Source of the DNA: Ranitomeya imitator
Lineage: Eukaryota
Direction of reading: 5' to 3'
Assembly (NCBI RefSeq): GCF_032444005.1
Contig: NC_091288.1
Location: 224,006,001-224,070,000, forward strand
DNA: 64,000 bases
The translations under genes and the position numbers were made by a program. The notes beneath the pieces are model-generated. The model made no database searches and was not told where the DNA came from. It saw nothing but the letters and a program-made list of their open reading frames with translations. Below, piece by piece: positions 63,401-64,000 of this stretch (positions within the stretch are counted from its first letter, which is position 1; the number at the start of each line of letters is the position of its first letter).

Positions 63401-64000
63401 TGACTATGGAGCGAAGCGGGGCTCCCTGCCCTGTAGGGACGCAGAACAGTCCTGGCTTAAGGTGTTAGGAGTCGAGTTCCCGGTGCTGCACAGGGGGAAT
63501 CTCGAGCCATGTCTGCTGCGGTCTCCCATTCTGCTTCGGCCGTAGTGGAGCCTGCTCGGCGGAGACGTTGGTCCCAGCATCTCACTCAGCCTGATACTGC
63601 GCAAAGGGTTACTGCTGCCTTTCCAGGTTCTGCTTTTGTAGCCTGCACTGGTCAGCGGTGTGCAGGTTTTTCTGGGACTAAGTCCTGCTTTGCACACACT
63701 TAGCATACCCATGGAGGACCTCTCATTGGAAGTCGGGGGTCACACGCTCAGGCCCTGTAGCAGATCCTATTGGACCACTTGGAAGGTCCTTGTCTGCTAC
63801 AGCTATAAAAGGTTCGCATGGTCACGGCCATGCGCCAGTATCGAACCAAAGTCTATGAGCTCAGCACCAGTGTGGTCATGTCTGGATGTGGTTAGGGTTT
63901 GGCTGAAATAAGCCCCTAGAATACCGGCACCTCCGGTGAGGAGTTTGTATGTGTGTATTCAGGGCCCTGGCTGAAATGAGCCCCTAGAATACCGGCACCT
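60454..64000 (-). mobile_element. 3' end of an ERV-like or Gypsy-like element: 3' LTR (60454-60993) plus degenerate internal region, interrupted by Tc1 and running off the window
   Basis: Minus-strand PPT AAGAAAGGGGGAA immediately followed by TGTAAGGGG at 60993; TGTAA...TTACA termini; ATTAAA on the minus strand near 60675. Confidence 0.55.
61160..62739 (+). mobile_element. Tc1-family transposon (1580 bp), defective
   Basis: CAGTGCCTTGCGAAAG...CTTTCGCAAGGCACTG TIRs of about 220 bp; right flank TA, left flank CA. Transposase from 61539 (PGRPSK, WSDETK, QQDNDPKH) has a short deletion before WSDE and a frameshift just before ENLW (about 62337). Confidence 0.92.

Overview
Eukaryotic vertebrate genomic DNA, most likely an anuran amphibian (inferred from the repeat families and the expanded bitter-taste receptor cluster). 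No rRNA, tRNA or CRISPR features were seen. Host genes: four intact single-exon TAS2R-family bitter-taste receptor genes, one TAS2R carrying a single nonsense codon, and a reconstructed 7-coding-exon, 240-aa orphan gene (9994-11421). The orphan has a hydrophobic N-terminus and a TIR-like alpha/beta domain with a Glu at the position of the catalytic residue of TIR NADases; it is the best candidate for an undescribed system. The rest is densely nested mobile DNA: a full-length Tf1/sushi-type chromovirus (Ty3/Gypsy) with a self-priming PBS signature and 6-bp TSD, inserted in a solo LTR; a related TRIM-like deletion derivative; a Copia element; several solo LTRs with TSDs; four Tc1 copies or fragments; Penelope-like remnants; and many minisatellites. 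Several hammerhead ribozyme motifs occur, including one intact-looking type I core in a ~352-nt retrozyme-like unit at 47.1-47.5 kb. All alignments, exon joins and base-pairings were done by eye, with no database searches.
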